NCBI GenBank assembly: GCA_026770705.1
Contig: JANJGN010000003.1
Span: forward strand, 184,326,001 to 184,390,000
From: Isurus oxyrinchus
Lineage: Eukaryota
Length of the DNA: 64,000 bases
Reading direction: 5' to 3'
In this document: positions 47,273 through 61,098 of the stretch, piece after piece
How the letters are laid out: the number at the start of each line of letters is the position of its first letter
How positions within the stretch are numbered: position 1 is the stretch's first letter
The notes under the pieces: model-generated
Seen by the model: the letters and a program-made list of their open reading frames with translations, nothing else
Database searches by the model: none
What the model was told of the DNA's origin: nothing
Program-made: the position numbers and the translations under genes

Positions 47273-48890
47273 AAAGAGATGTGCAATTAAAGGGAAGTGA
47301 CCAAAGAAAGGGGCCAAAAATCTTAAATGGGAAATATTCAAAAGAGATTTCGAGATAATAATAGTATTTAGCAAGACTGTAAAGGGTAAGAGAATTGACA
47401 GTCAAAATGAAAATAGAGTATGGAGGCATCATATATAGTCAGCATGTGAAGAATCTGAAGCTAGTGAAGAAGCAGCCCAGCTCTGAGCCTTTTATGGCTA
47501 GAGAAGTGGACATTATACAGCTTGACATGAGTGAGAGATTTGTTGCCCTCTTTGGCATTCTAAGGTATCTATCCATTGGGAGCAGTGCAGCATGTCTTTA
47601 ATAAGCCTGAGGTAAAAGTAACGGTAAAGGGTGACTTTGACAACCACCAGCAATTCGATGTCTGCACTGGTACTAGGCTGTGGGGCAGATTGATTTCTAA
47701 GTGAACTGCAGTTCCTCAGATAAATCAAGGTAAGTGCTTCCGTTCAGGTGTCAATAGACATGGGTAAGCACAGTGCTGCAACCTCCCAGCCTGACATCTC
47801 GCAATTTCTCTTCTTTATTTTTCCTAAAAATATCAGCATTCCAGAATTGATGCAGAATAAGGTACTGCCAGTACCACTGGCACAAAACCTTGTCCTTTAA
47901 GTAGTCACAAGAAACTTGACTAGAAAAAGCTGCTATGATGAATTTAAGATTACTTCCCAAAATGCTTTTAATAATCCTTTAAAGTTTAAATGCCTCCTTC
48001 AAAAGTTGCCTGGTACTCCTGAAGGCCCTTTGAGATGTATATCTTTAGAAGTCAAGGTGGAAACAGTGTTAAAGATCAAAACTTGTGAGAATGTTTTAAT
48101 TATTGCACGTCATCCTGCCTCCATTCTTCTTCTTCTCTTGCCAACAGCACATTTGGCAATTAATTGCTTTCAATGTTTTTACATCCAGCAGATCATTTGC
48201 ATTGTTTATGTAACAAAGACCTCTTTTTAATATAGACAGGTCATTAGCCTGACCAAGAGGGATCAGCTGGATATGATGCAATTGGGTGCAGGGGTGCACC
48301 ATTCCACTCCACTCCCATTGGATGCGAGCAGTCTATGGTTTTCAAACCAGTATTCAGAGGCCAGAATTCTCATCTTTGCTTGCCAGGATAGATCCTTGGG
48401 GAGGCACCAGAGGTAACAATGTGGTAGTGGCATAGGAAGCCATTGAAAGAGATACTCTTATGATTAGCTAGATGAGAATGAAACAAGGTAGCTAGTACAG
48501 TCCCATTCAATTGGGCAACAGTGAAAAGGCATTGGATAGGGATTGTATGGTCAACCGTGTCAAAGGCTGCAGATGGGTCAAGAAGGACGAGAAGGGATAT
48601 TTAGTTTAGTTACAGTGACGTAGTTACAACCACGTAAAAGGTGTTTCATTAAAGTGGTCCATGAGCTAAAAATTTGTATGTATGTAGCCCGCTTTTAATT
48701 TATGAGTTTATTTTAACCTAGCAGACAAACTTATGTCTTAAACAAGATAAACGTTAGTTTATTACAAAACTACTGCTGGAAGTTACTTAGGTAAAAGTGA
48801 TAAAATTATTAACTAAAATACAATTACAAAGATTTAAAGTAGATAAAGATAAAAAGATACTTAAAGATGAGATTTCATATCTATCTCTAT

Positions 48891-49544
48891 CGAGAGAATT
48901 TTTCTTATGGCGGGCGGGCTGGGTGGGGGCGGGCACGGAGCCGATCACCAACCGTGATTGGCTGTGCACCGTCATTTTATGTGGGCAGGCCTATTAAGCT
49001 CAGTGCTACCTGTGCGGGCAGGAGGAATAAGGAGAGTCAGTGCCTGTTCTCTTTTGTGCATGCGCGCGAAAGAGTGCAGCAATCTCCCTGCGGCATGGGG
49101 CTGCCTCGGGGAGATTGAACAGAGAATAAAACATTTTAATAAATAATGTAAAAAATTATTTAAACATGTCCCCTCACATGAGTTGGGACATATTTGTGAA
49201 GTTGGGAAAAATTATTTATTTATTTTATAAATGCCTCAGGAAACCTCATCTCGCCCGTGGATGAGGTTTCCTGAAAAATGCAAAGGCTGCTTGGGCTTTT
49301 CGGCTGCCTGCCAACTTTAAGGTTGGATGGGCAGCATTCTCAACTAGTTTAATCACTTTCTCAATGGCCTTAATAGGCCACTGACATTTCAGCGGGTGCG
49401 CAGCTGCCTCCAGCGCGCACCCGCCGAATGTAATATCGAGATGACACGCGATGACATCGGGACGCATGCCCTACATCATCGCGCGTCATTTGACGTGTTG
49501 GCATTTCGGGCCCACCCCCACACGCTGATCTGAAGATTCAGCCC
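48891..49544 (+). mobile_element. Harbinger-type hairpin MITE, copy 7
   Basis: TSD TAT/TAT, TIRs cgagagaattttt / aagattcagccc. Confidence 0.85.
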
Positions 49545-49689
49545 TATGATCCAGGCCCGTTGCTTGAATTCTTTCTTTCCAAAGCAAAGGGGTTGAAATT
49601 TGGCTTAGCAGCAGTGATAGCTTCAGCAGTTGACTATTTGGAGGTTTCCCTTTTCAGGTGGACTCAACAAGTCAGCAGGTTTTTGGAGG

Positions 49690-50730
49690 AGAGAGTTTAC
49701 CAGAATAGCAATTGTGGGGCTGTAATTAGCTGGGTTGAATTTGTCCTGCTTTTTGTGGACAGGATCATACCTGGGCAATTTTCCACAATGCCGTATTGCC
49801 AGTGTTGCAGCTTTACTGTTCTGCAGCATCAGTACTATTGCCAGAATGTTGTCAGGGCCCTTAGCCTTTGCAGTATTCAGTGCCTTCAGCCATTTCTTGC
49901 TATCAAGTGGAGTGAATCGAATTGACTTAAAACTGGCATCTGATGCTGATGACATCAGTAGGGGGCCAAGATGGATCATCTACTCGGCACTTCTGGCTGA
50001 CGTTGGCTGCAAATACTTCGGTCTTGTCTTTTGCACTGATGCACTGAGCTCCCCCATCATTGAGGAAGAGGATTTTTCTGGCGCTTCCTCCTCCAGTTAG
50101 TTGTCAAATTGTCCATCAATAATCATGACTGGATGTAGCATGACTGCAGAGCTTAGCTCTGATAAATTAGTTGTGGGATTGCTTAGCTCTGTCTATCACA
50201 TGCTCCTTCCGCTGTTTAGCATGCAAGTAGTCGTGTGGTGTAGCTTCATCAGATTGACACCTCATTTTTAGGTATGCCTGGTGCTGCTCCCGGCATGCCC
50301 CTCTACACTCCTCATTGAACCCGGATTGACCTCCCAGCATGATGGTAATGGTAGATTGGGGGATATGACGGGCCATGAGTTTACAGATTGTGGTTGTATA
50401 CAGTTCTGCTGCTGCTAATGGTCCACAGCACCTCATGAGTGCCCAGTTTTAATTTGCTAGATATGTTTGAAATCTATCCCATTTAGCATGGTGGTAGTGC
50501 ATGATGGAGGATATCCTCAATGTAAAGTCGGGACTTCATCTCCACGAGGACTGTGAGGTAGTCACTCCTAACAATACCGACATGGACAGATGCATCTATG
50601 GCAGATAGATTGGTGAGGACAAGGTCAAGTAGGTTTTCCCTCTTGTTGGTTCCCTCACCACCTGCCAAAGACCCAATCTAGCAGCTAAGTTCTTAAGGAC
50701 TCGGCCAGCTTGGTCAATAGTGGTGCTACC
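49690..50730 (-). mobile_element. CR1/L2-clade LINE internal fragment (same family as 38645-40272)
   Basis: 'IRFTPLDSKKWLKALNTAKAKGPDNI' and 'ENLLDLVLTNL...SDYLTVLV' on the minus strand. Confidence 0.82.
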
Positions 50731-50734
50731 GAGC

Positions 50735-53500
50735 ACTGGAGTGCTGCTTTGGGCTGCATTAGAGTCCTTAAGTTGAGGTTTGGTGAGAAAGGGATTTTTA
50801 ATGGTTAATTTCTTTCTAAAGTCTCGTCTTTCTTTAATTTAGCAATTAACTAAAAGTTGCTCTTTGGATTGGGAGAAGGTGAATTTTAGTCCAGCTTTAA
50901 AACAGGAGTTGCACAGGCTCTGCTTGCAGTTGCAACTAGTTAATTAGATAACTGGATTAAACAGGTTTTCAGAAGCTAGATTCATATCGCATAAAAGCAG
51001 GCCATCTTACAGTGCTGCTATTGCCTGCATTGGAGCGCTGCTTTGGGCTGCATTAGAGTGCTTAAGTTGGAGTTTGGTGAGAGAGGGAAACTGGTGTTCC
51101 TTTCATTTTCTACCTTTCCTCAGAAAGAAGAGTGGCAACCTTTGTAGATAGGACCTGGTAAGTATTTCTGTCCTTAATATTCTCTAAACTAGAGGAAGTA
51201 AAAGTGAGGGAGTAATTTAAGGATAAGTCATGGCAGGGCAGCTCAGCCAAATGGCATGCTCCTCCTGTGCAATGTGGGAAGCCAGGGACACTTCCTGTGT
51301 CCAGGGTGACCACATGCAGGAAGTGTCTCCAGCTGCAGCTACTCGAAATCTGTGTTTCAGAGCTGGAGTTCTGTCTGGAGTCACTGTGGAGCAAAGATGA
51401 GATATTTATGGGTAGCACAACAGTGATCACACCGCAGGTAAAGAGTGTGCAGGCAGAAAGGGAACAGGTGACTACCAAACAAAAGGCACTAGGCAGATAC
51501 TGCAAGAGCCCCCTGGGTCCACCTCCCTCTCTAACAGGTATTCAGTTGTGGACATTCCTGGAATGCATCCGGGGGGATGCCCTCCCCTGGTTTCTTGGGA
51601 GAATGCATCAAGAGCCAAGTCCGTGGTATCATGAATGGCTCAGCTGCACAGCAGGGGGAGAAAAAAGAGTGGGAAAGCAATAGTGATCCTATCGTAAGGG
51701 GAACAGATAGACGTTTCTGCAGCCGCAGGCATGACACCAAGATAGTATGTTGCCTCCCTGATGCCAGGGATGTCACTGAGTGTCTGCAGGACATTCTGAA
51801 AGGGGCGGATGAATAGCCAGAGGTTGTGGGCCATATTGGTACTAACGACATAGGTAAAAAGAGGGATGAGGCAGATAGATGAGAACACCACCACCTGGAA
51901 GTTCCCCTCCAAGTCACTCACTAAATTAAAAAGCCAATCTCCAAGGTAATAATCTCAGAATTACTCCAGTGCTAACAAGATCAGGAGTATGAGAACAGGC
52001 CAGATGAATGTGTGGCTGGAGAGATAGTGTAGGAGGGAGGGATTTAGATTCCTCAGGCAGCACTGAGACCTGTACAAGTTGGACGCGTTGCACCCTAGCA
52101 GGACCGGCACTATTATCATTGCTAGTAATGTGGCGGAGGGTTTAAACAAGAGTGACGGGGGGGTTGGGAACCTGAGCAGGGAGACACAAGAGAGCGAAAT
52201 AAAGAAAGGAATGAAAGACAGAAAAGTAGAAAACAAAAGTGGAAGGCAGAGGAAACAAAGACTGGCAGCAAATTGGGCCATTGTACAAAAGAAGATTTGT
52301 AAAAATGCTAAAAAGGCAAGTCTAAAGGCACTGTATCTTTTTCTTTCATTCACAGGATGTGGGCTTCGCTGGCTGGGCCAGCATTTATTGCCCATCTCTA
52401 GTTGCCCTTGAAAAGGTGGTGGTGAGCTGCCTTCTTGAACTGCTGCAGTTCAGGTGGTGTAGGTGCACCCACAGTACTGTTAGGAAGGGAGTTCCAGGAT
52501 TTTGACCAAGCAACAGTGAATATTTCCAAGTCAGGATAGTGAGTGACTTGGAGGGGAACTTCCAGGTGGTGGTGTTCCCAACTGTCCGGTGCCCTTGTTC
52601 TTCTAGATGGTAGTGGTCATGGGTTTGGAAGGTGCTGTCAAAGGAGCATTGGTGAATTCCTGCGGTGCATCTTGTAGATGGTACACACTGCTGCTACTGT
52701 GCATCGGTGGTGGAAGGTGTGCATGTTTTTGGATGTGGTGCCTATCAAGTGGCAACACATCCTGGATGGTGTCATGCTTCTTGAGTGTTGTGAGAGCTGC
52801 ACTCATTCAGGCAAGTGGGGAGTATTCCATCACACCTGACTTTTGCCCTGTAGATGGTGGACAGGCTTTGGGGAGTCAGGAGGTGAGTTACTTGTCGCAC
52901 GATTCCTAGCCTCTGACCTGCTCTTGTAGCCACAGTATTTATTTGGCTAGTCCAGTTCAGTTTCTGGTCAATGGCGGAACTGAAGCAACAAGGGGTGGAA
53001 AACATTAGTGGGAGTTGTCTATAGGCCTCCAAACAGTATTGGTAAGGTAGCGGATAGCATTGGACAGGAAATTAGAGATGCATGTAACAAGGGGCTACAT
53101 TCATCATGGGTGACTTTAATATACATATAGACAGGGCAAACCAAATTTGCAATAATACTGTGGCAGATGAATTCCTGGAGTGTGTATGAGTTTTTTAGAC
53201 CAGTACATCGAGGAACCAACTAAGGAATAGGCTATCCTTGATTTGGTATTGTGTAATGAGAAGGGGTTAATTGTTGTGCAGGGTCCTTTAGGAAACAGTG
53301 ACCATAACATTGTAGAATTCTTCATTAGGATGGAAAGTAAAATAGTCTGATCCAAAACTAGGGTCCTAAATCGAAACAAAGGAAACTACGAAGGTATGAG
53401 GCTGAGATAGATTGGGGATTTTCATTAAAAGTTATGAAGTGGATAGGCAAAGGCTAATATTTAAGGAATGAATGTTATACATTCCTTTCTGGCACAAAAA
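50735..53500 (+). mobile_element. CR1 5' region: 5' UTR, ORF1 (zinc finger, leucine zipper, SGNH esterase) and start of ORF2 endonuclease
   Basis: 'CRKCLQLQLLE..VSELE..LESLW', 'DPIVRGTDRRFC...VCCLPDAR..TECLQDILKG', 'HIGTNDIG'. Endonuclease motifs 'IMGDFN' and 'LGNSDHN' at ~53105-53310. Confidence 0.85.
52337..52972 (-). mobile_element. CR1/L2-clade LINE 3' fragment inserted in the CR1 copy
   Basis: Reverse-complement match to ~39630-40270, including the tail. Confidence 0.87.
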
Positions 53501-54399
53501 CATAAAAGGCTTTTTTAAAAATTATCAGTTTCTATGGAGATTGTAACAATAAGCTTTCAAAAATATTTTACTTTTTAAAATTGTGACATGGCATATTGGC
53601 TTGCCTAGTGTCAAAAAATCCTGCAACACTGATAACAAAGTTGTTAATTCAAACCCACTGGTCTACCCAGATCCTGTGAGGACTCCCTTACAACCAACCT
53701 AATACATTACAGGTTATTTAAGAGGTCAAATTTCCCAAAGACCTAGCTCAAAATAGTGCAACAATTGGAAAATTATTGCTGGATCCATTTTTTTCTAGTG
53801 GCTTATGTGATACTTCCTTCTTTAATCAAAATAGCAGCTCTGCTGACATAAGATAAGGAGCATTGTTTAAAATCTCTTCCACATAAAAGCATTTGCTTGA
53901 AATTTACTCCTAAATCATAATAGCAATTATAATGACTGGAAATACATCTGTGAAGGCACATAATTCTACAGTTCCTGTCACAGCACTCGTCATGCAAATT
54001 GTGTGGAGCAGAATTCAAAGAACACTGTATTTCTGAATATCTCTCCCTCTTCAGTTATCCAAAGGTTGCTAATCATGACTCTCCACACCTTGCTATCTCT
54101 AGTAGACTTTCTTTGATGCCATGATATCATGGTAGAAGAAGCAGGTCAGAAAAACTACCTCAGCTTCACAGTATGGGGACTGAACTCATCCTGTTGGTGA
54201 AATTAAGCACCACACACTAATCATCTGAGCTAACCAGCCATCATATTTATGAATATAAGAATGCTTTATATTTTGTCAAATTTTTGATTTCCATACAATT
54301 ACTCTCTACTTTGCCTACTCTGCATTGGGAAACTAACTCCTGCAGTGCAACTTGGGTCCACAACACAGAATAAAAGCAAAATACTGTGGATGCTGGAGA

Positions 54400-55037
54400 T
54401 CCACACCGCTCGCCAACGCGGAATGACATCAGGCGGAACTCCCAGCGTCATCCTGCGTCATTTGCATTTTCAGATTGGCGGGGGCATAGCCAAGTCAGCT
54501 GTGCACTTGTGATCCTGTCAACGGCCTATTGACACCATTCAAAAATCAATTGAAGCAATTAGTGGGCCTCTCCGTCCAACCTTAAGGTTGGCAGGCGCTG
54601 CAACCACCCGAAAAAGCATGAAACCTCATCCATGGGTGGGATGAGGTTTCATGACTGAATTAAAAAATTAACATTCACTTTTACTTAAAGTTATGTCCAT
54701 GTCCCAACTCATGTGACATTGTCACATGAGGGGACATGGATGCCAAATTAAATTTTCAAAATGAAAACTTTTTCCCTTTGGGAACCGATCTCCTTGAGGC
54801 AGCACTTAGTCTCGGAGATTGGAGCGGAAGGAGCGCACTTCTGCATTTGCCATCTCCCCCCCCACCCCCCAAACGCACAGGAGCGCACATGGCTTCCCTG
54901 CAGATGTCACGCTGGATGGGCCTAAATTGACCCCTAAATAGCGGCACACGGGGCACCGATCAGAGGGCTGCCAGCCCATGCCCGGTCCCATACCTCCTCC
55001 CGCCTGCCCAGCCCCGACGGGGGGGAAAATTTTGCCC
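54400..55037 (-). mobile_element. Harbinger-type hairpin MITE, copy 8, one end replaced by a Penelope-like tail fragment (54367-54400)
   Basis: Right TIR gaaaattttgccc and internal hairpins present. Left junction aaaagcaaaatactgtggatgctggagatc. Confidence 0.83.
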
Positions 55038-55735
55038 TTGGTGTTCATAATCAATCCATATTCTAAACTTGTATATTTTACTTGATCTACAATATTTTGA
55101 ATGGCCATTTCTGATTCTGCAAATAGTGCTATATCACCAGCATACCTCAAGTTTATGTTCTTGCCTCCAATTTTTACCCTGGGCAAGCATCTAATTCTCT
55201 GAATATATGCTCAGTGTACATATTGAGTAATTTTGGTGACAATACACAGTCTTGTCATATTCCTCTCTATACTTGAAGCATGTCTGATTTTCTGTCTTCT
55301 AGCCTGATGCTTGCTATTTGGTCCCAATATAAGCTCTGGACAAATCTCACATCTTTACTGTTAACGTTACATTTCAGCAGTACGTCTATAAGCTTTTGGT
55401 GATAAACACAATTGAATGCTTTTTCATGGTCTGTGAAGCATATGTAAATGTTCTTGTTTACTTCTAGATATTTATCAAAGATTATTCTTAGGTTAAATAT
55501 TCCCTCTCTTGTTCCTACTCGAGTTCTAAATCCAGACTGTGTTTCACCAAGTTCTCTTTATTATTATTTCTTTCTCTTATGATTTTCAAAATCAGTTTAA
55601 TGAGATGAGCCATTAAGCTTATAGTTCTAAATTGATTGCACTGCACTGCTTTAGGTTTCTGAGGTAACTTAATAAATAATGAATGTTTCCAGTCACTTGG
55701 AATGTATCCTTTGGATATATTTGATCACAAATCTC
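55038..55735 (-). mobile_element. RTE-clade LINE RT fragment
   Basis: 'VKIGGKNINLRYAGDIALFAESE..Q..VD.V...S.EYGL.MN' plus upstream QSGFR/TREGIFNLR-like motifs. Confidence 0.8.
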
Positions 55736-57064
55736 TGATAATTAAGGTCACCGGCAGTGGAAGTACCACCCACAAGTGGTCACTGCCAGCCAATCGGAGG
55801 CCAGAAGCTACAGGTGGCTACTGGTGCCATAACACTCACCGTAGGCCGAGGAATGTCATGGGACCCCAGAACAAAGGTGAATGAGGGCATGGTAGGGGTC
55901 ACGGGTGGAGATAAGGGCAGGGCAGTGGCTTTTGTTGACTACACCCCCCATGCTTCTTCTGGGGGTTGAAATTCCCTGCAGCTCCCATTTAATCACTGAA
56001 GCACCAATAAATTGTGATGCCCTCAGGGATAATGGGTGTTAATTGGCTTGTTTATGAGCCTCATTGACATCCTGTTGCCAGTGGCCAGGAATTCCATGTC
56101 AGCACCTTCTAACCTCTGACTTTAGCCGGGCAAGTTCTCCTATCACTGGGAGACTTGACACAGGGGCTCTCCCACGATTAAATGCACCCAGCTGCCATAT
56201 TTCCTGCTGTGATGGGCTGCATTAAATCCAACCATTAAGTCTATATTGTCTTCCCTATCCCTTCTGCCAAAATGTAAATCCTCACATTCTCTGTATTAAA
56301 TTCCATCTGCAACTTGACTATCCATTCTGTTAGCCTATCTATGTCCTGATGCAGTTGATTGGTATCATCCTCACTGCCACACCTCTGAGTTTGGTACAAT
56401 CAGTCTCTCAGGTGCAGATAATCCTGGAAACTGCTTCCTAATTTTTCAGATGTAGCAATCTTAGAGTTTGGTGTCCATACCGTCAGGTAGAAAAGAATTT
56501 TTTTGACTTATGACCAGTTCATTTGATGTAATAAAACCTAAGATTCTCAGTAATTGATTACATTGCATTGCTTTTAAACCTACAGCTTATCTTGTCAGCT
56601 TGACTTGTTCCCACAACAATCAGTGTTTACTGGCCTTGACGTATTCACTAATTGTCTAAGCCTGCAGTTATGGCAATATTGCTCTCTGAAAATGGTACAA
56701 TGAATCTTTTATTCTGAAGTGGGTGGTGGCAGGGCTGGGGGCAGAGATGATTAAAAATCCATCGAATGCTTTAATCTGCTCAAATGGAAACTTGCATTAT
56801 AGCTCCTCCCTGCCAGTAACAATTCAATGACTAGAATTGAACTTACTCTGGATATAAATTTTATCATGCAACAAAGCCTATTCCCTAAATGCCCACAAAC
56901 ATTAATTAAACATATCCAGGAGAATTCACTTGATGTGAAGGAGGATGTTGGCATGCTTGAGGGGTGGCAAAGGAGAGTGGCTACATTGGTTTAACACAGA
57001 GAACCTATTGGAAACTCTTTTGGGTAGGTTAGGGGACATGGTTAATTTGTGTACCTTAGGTTAC

Positions 57065-57367
57065 CTTTTTTTATTTACTCATGGGATGTTGGCACTTATT
57101 GCCCCATCCCTGATTGCCCTTGTTTAAAGGGCATTTTTAAGAGTCAGGTAAGGACAGCAGATTTCCTTCCTTGAAGGACATTAGTGAACAGAAGGGTTTT
57201 TACCACAATCGACAGTGGTTTTGTGATCATCATTCGACTTTTAACTCCAAATTTTTGTTGGGTTCAAATTTCACTGTCTGCCATGATGGGATTCAAACCT
57301 GGTCCCCAGAGGATTACCCTGGGTCTCTGGATTACTAGTCCAGTGACAATACCACTATGCCACCTCC
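57065..57367 (-). mobile_element. tRNA-derived SINE sharing its 3' tail with the local LINE
   Basis: Minus-strand A box GGTGGCATAGTGG (57364-57352), B box GGTTTGAATCCC (57299-57288), tail ggatggggcaataa..catcccatgagtaaataaaaaaa. Confidence 0.75.
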
Positions 57368-58741
57368 AGCCCTTAGGTAGTTAAGAGTTGCTGAGATATA
57401 GTCATATGGAAGTCTTATTTATACAGTAGCTGTTCTTTGTAGAACATCATTGAATATGCACCTGGAAAAGTAGTTCTCCAGCAGTGAGGAAGATTGCTAA
57501 AAGCTCTGTAGTGTTGACCTCTTATTTTAGATGAGGACCATAGATTTTTTTCTGTGGCAGGTTTTGGAAATGCTTTGTATGTGAATTTCCTTTTAAGCAG
57601 TATATATGGATTGCAGAGCAGTGGATTAGAATGTTTTCATTTCCCATTCAAGACCGTAGATTAATTTAATTTCAAGTAGGTAGAATGAAAATATCCCCTT
57701 TCAGATGGCATAGAATCTAAGTGAAAATGAGTTGAGCAGACTCAACCTGGTTTCTAATGGACCTGAGTAAACAGCATAAACTGTCCATAATTTGGGAATG
57801 CAGGAAGCCCTTGCTTAATGTTGTTAATTGGTTCCTGGAAAATGCAATATTATGCAGAATTATGTTATGCGAAACAATCTGCCTGAGACTCATAAACCCT
57901 TCCCAAGATTGCCTGCTCCCCACCTTATCCGTGATCCAGCTCTCTTAAACTCAGAATGGGAATTACATAGGAACATCCAGAAGTATGGTGATATTAATGC
58001 GCAACAGCAGCAATGCAATGCAAATGCAGGGTCCTAATTGGAGAGCGATATTAATATGCGAGGATGTATAGCGGGAAGATGTTAAATGAGGACTTCCTAT
58101 ATATGGCATAAATAATGAATCCCACCCTAGGCATATTTATAATTGACAGAATTTATGACCCTTTTTTAGGAGAGCAACCTTTAAGAGTTGGCCTCTCCTG
58201 CGTCCTCCAAATGATATGGGTGACCATGCTCACTGTTGAGACTACCATTGTCTCCTGCCCTAACTGTTGCTGATCCTCGAACAGTTGGAGCAAGATCATC
58301 ATTGATGATGTCCTGGAATCTGGTTTGGGGCATAATTTTTGTTGCAAGGCAATGTAATGTAAAGAACAAAAGAGTTCTATGATGGTTATCCTAGTAACAA
58401 CATAAAGTCCTCAGCTACAAAATTAGAATTTGGGTCGTAAAGCCTAATCCATGTATAATTATTTTCCCTTTGACTTGTCCGAACATCTGCAAGGAAAGTT
58501 AAATTCCTTCCCCTAAAATAAAGCAGACTATTCATATCTCTATAGCTTTTAATTCTCCTTCTCAATAAATCAATTTACTCTGCTTAATTCAAAGCTAGTT
58601 AAATCAAATTATTTGTTAATTTGAATTAAAATCATGTAAAAATACTCTGTTGTTACTTCATTAAAGTTTCTTAATTCAAACTACTGGATAATGCAACTTT
58701 GTTTCAAATAAAAAGTAATTTATAGTTAACAGGAATATATC

Positions 58742-58762
58742 AATATATTTAATATATATATA

Positions 58763-58793
<31 letters not shown>
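58742..58793. repeat. (AT)n microsatellite
   Basis: Imperfect atatat run. Confidence 0.9.
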
Positions 58794-58794
<1 letters not shown>

Positions 58795-58829
58795 TAAAGA
58801 TATTCACTGACCCTGAATCAGTTACCTGG

Positions 58830-59335
58830 GACTCTCTTGTGCCATTAATCTAACAAAAGGCTTTAAACACTAAATAGGCAGGCACTGTGGTCGCTCCTAG
58901 CTAAGTTTGGCTGTCACAAACTTTCATTGTGTCATTCACCAGCTACATGTTGGAAGGGATGATTACTAATGAGGTGATGCCTGATGCTCTCTCCATTATT
59001 AATGAAGTCAGGCAAGGGTGTGTTCCTACACTCATCCTGTTTAGTCTGTCCTCTTGTGCCACGTTGAAGAGAGATCTGTCAGACCTATATCGAAGAGTAT
59101 ACTTGTAGTTTAGGACAGAAAGAAAGCTGTTTACCTTACACAGACTAGAAGAAAAGTTCGGCATTTCAAAGATCATCATATACCAGATGACTGTGCTCTG
59201 TTAACCTACAGGTGTTCACCAACCATTTTGCATCCATTGCCAAAAAAAACAACCTAACCATCAATTTGAAGAAGATTGACGTGATAGTCAATCTACACAA
59301 TGTAAATAAATCCAAACACTTTCTATGTCTTGGGG
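58830..59335 (+). mobile_element. Old RTE-clade LINE RT fragment
   Basis: 'DLTKGF..LNRQALWSLLAKFGC', 'VRQGCVPTLILF' and 'Y.DDCAL' across frames. Confidence 0.65.
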
Positions 59336-59494
59336 TAGTTTAAATACCATAAGGACACATTGAAAAATAATCTAAAGAAGAGAGATGAATGTGATATCTT
59401 GTCTAGTGGCAGAATGGTTTTCACAATAATATCCTAGACTTTCAGATTGCTGTTCTTTTAATGCTGGATCAACCCATTTAAAACAAATCAATTA

Positions 59495-60355
59495 ATGCCA
59501 AATGTCGTGGTCCAGGATGTTGCCATACTGCCATCTATTAGTATTAACAATGTGGCGCTGGAGATTGTTTATAGCTTCACATATCTAGGGTCCACAATCA
59601 CCAGCAATCCCTCACTTGATGCTGAAATCAGCACTCACATCTCAAAAGCTGCAGCTGTTATGTCCAAGCTGAGTGAGAGAGTGTAGAACAACTGAAAACC
59701 TTACTGAGAACACCAGACTGCAAATCTACCAAGTTTGCATCCTCAGCACACTCCTCTGTAGTGGTGAGGCATGGACAACATATGCAAGACAGGAGGAAAG
59801 GCTGAACAGTTTTTATCTTCACTGCCTCAGATGTATTCTTGGCATCTTTTGGCAGGAAAAGGTCACCAACTCAGAAGTCCTGGATCATGCTAATTACGTC
59901 AGAATACAATCATTGCTCAACCAACAACATCTGCACTGGCTTGGCCATACCATCAGATGGATGACAGCCGTATACTCAAAGACCCTCTGCACGGTGAATT
60001 GGCCACTGGGTCACAACCTCCTGGGCATCCATACCTGCACTACAAGGACACCTGCAAGTGAGATATTAAGTTTGCGGACATTGACAGTGACAACTAAGAA
60101 ACAGTTGCTGATGACCATAACCTCTGGAGGCTGATTGGAAGAGCATAGGAAAAGGTGAGCAGAAATGAAAGCTCAACTAGCGAGAAGAGGGCCCAGAGAA
60201 AACAGAGGTCAGGTAATCATGCACCTTCTCAGTCCACTGTCTTACTCTGCAACAAATACGGCAGAGCCTGCCATGTCAGAGTGCCACACCAGCAATGCTT
60301 AACACGGAGCAGAGCACCATGGTGCAAACCATTGTCTTACAAGACAGAAGCCTGC
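59495..60355 (+). mobile_element. RTE-clade LINE 3' fragment
   Basis: 'SFTYLGSTITSN.SLDAEI..HISKAA', 'LQIYQVCILSTLLCSGEAWTTY...LNSFYLHCLRCILGIFW', 'LHWLGH'. Confidence 0.85.
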
Positions 60356-61098
60356 CATAGGAATGCCAGCATTAAAAAATGCCAGGTTAGAAAATCTGGG
60401 CTAGTGTGTTGAAGTAGCACAGGAGAAAAGAGAAAGGAAACTAAGGAAAGACTGACCACTAGACTGGAACAAACTCTGAACTCACCTATACTAAATTTGG
60501 TTGCATCTGTTTCTTACATATTGGGCTGGTGAGACATACGGGAGCTCATTAGAAAAGTCACACCACCCAAATGTCACCTGATCAAAATGTCATTGTTATT
60601 CTCATGGGCAAAAAAAAGCTAGAGGAAAGGAATATCAAGGTGCCTCTACATTTGGTGCTTCTGTAATCCGGATCCTGGAAGACAATATCTATGTGCCAGC
60701 TATTCAAGTTTATATCACTTAAACTGGTTCATTTATCCTAAAGGGAGAATCACAGAATTACATTTTCATACATCTACAATTCTGTTGTTGGGCTAAGGAA
60801 ATCAGTTTTAGAACTGTAAATGCAAAGAATGTTGCTTGATGTTACTGGTCCATGATCTGAACTACACAAGGGACAAAGGTAGAACTTCCCCTTCGAATAT
60901 TGCTCAAGTACTTAGTTTGTAGACAGTGGTTGTTAGCTAGTTTATTGAGTCCTATATTTTGACCTATACTCCTTTTGTCTGTCTACAATCTTAGTGTGAT
61001 TTAAATGCCAAATCATATCTACCACTGGGGCAGCTTCCTTAATCTATGGAAGTTTGTCTGCCTTCACCCATACCTCAGTCTTCCACTGCTGAAACTTT

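Noticed and set aside
13853-55037. Recurring palindromes as a CRISPR-like array
   Set aside because: They are internal parts of dispersed MITE copies, not regularly spaced repeats with spacers, and no cas genes are present.
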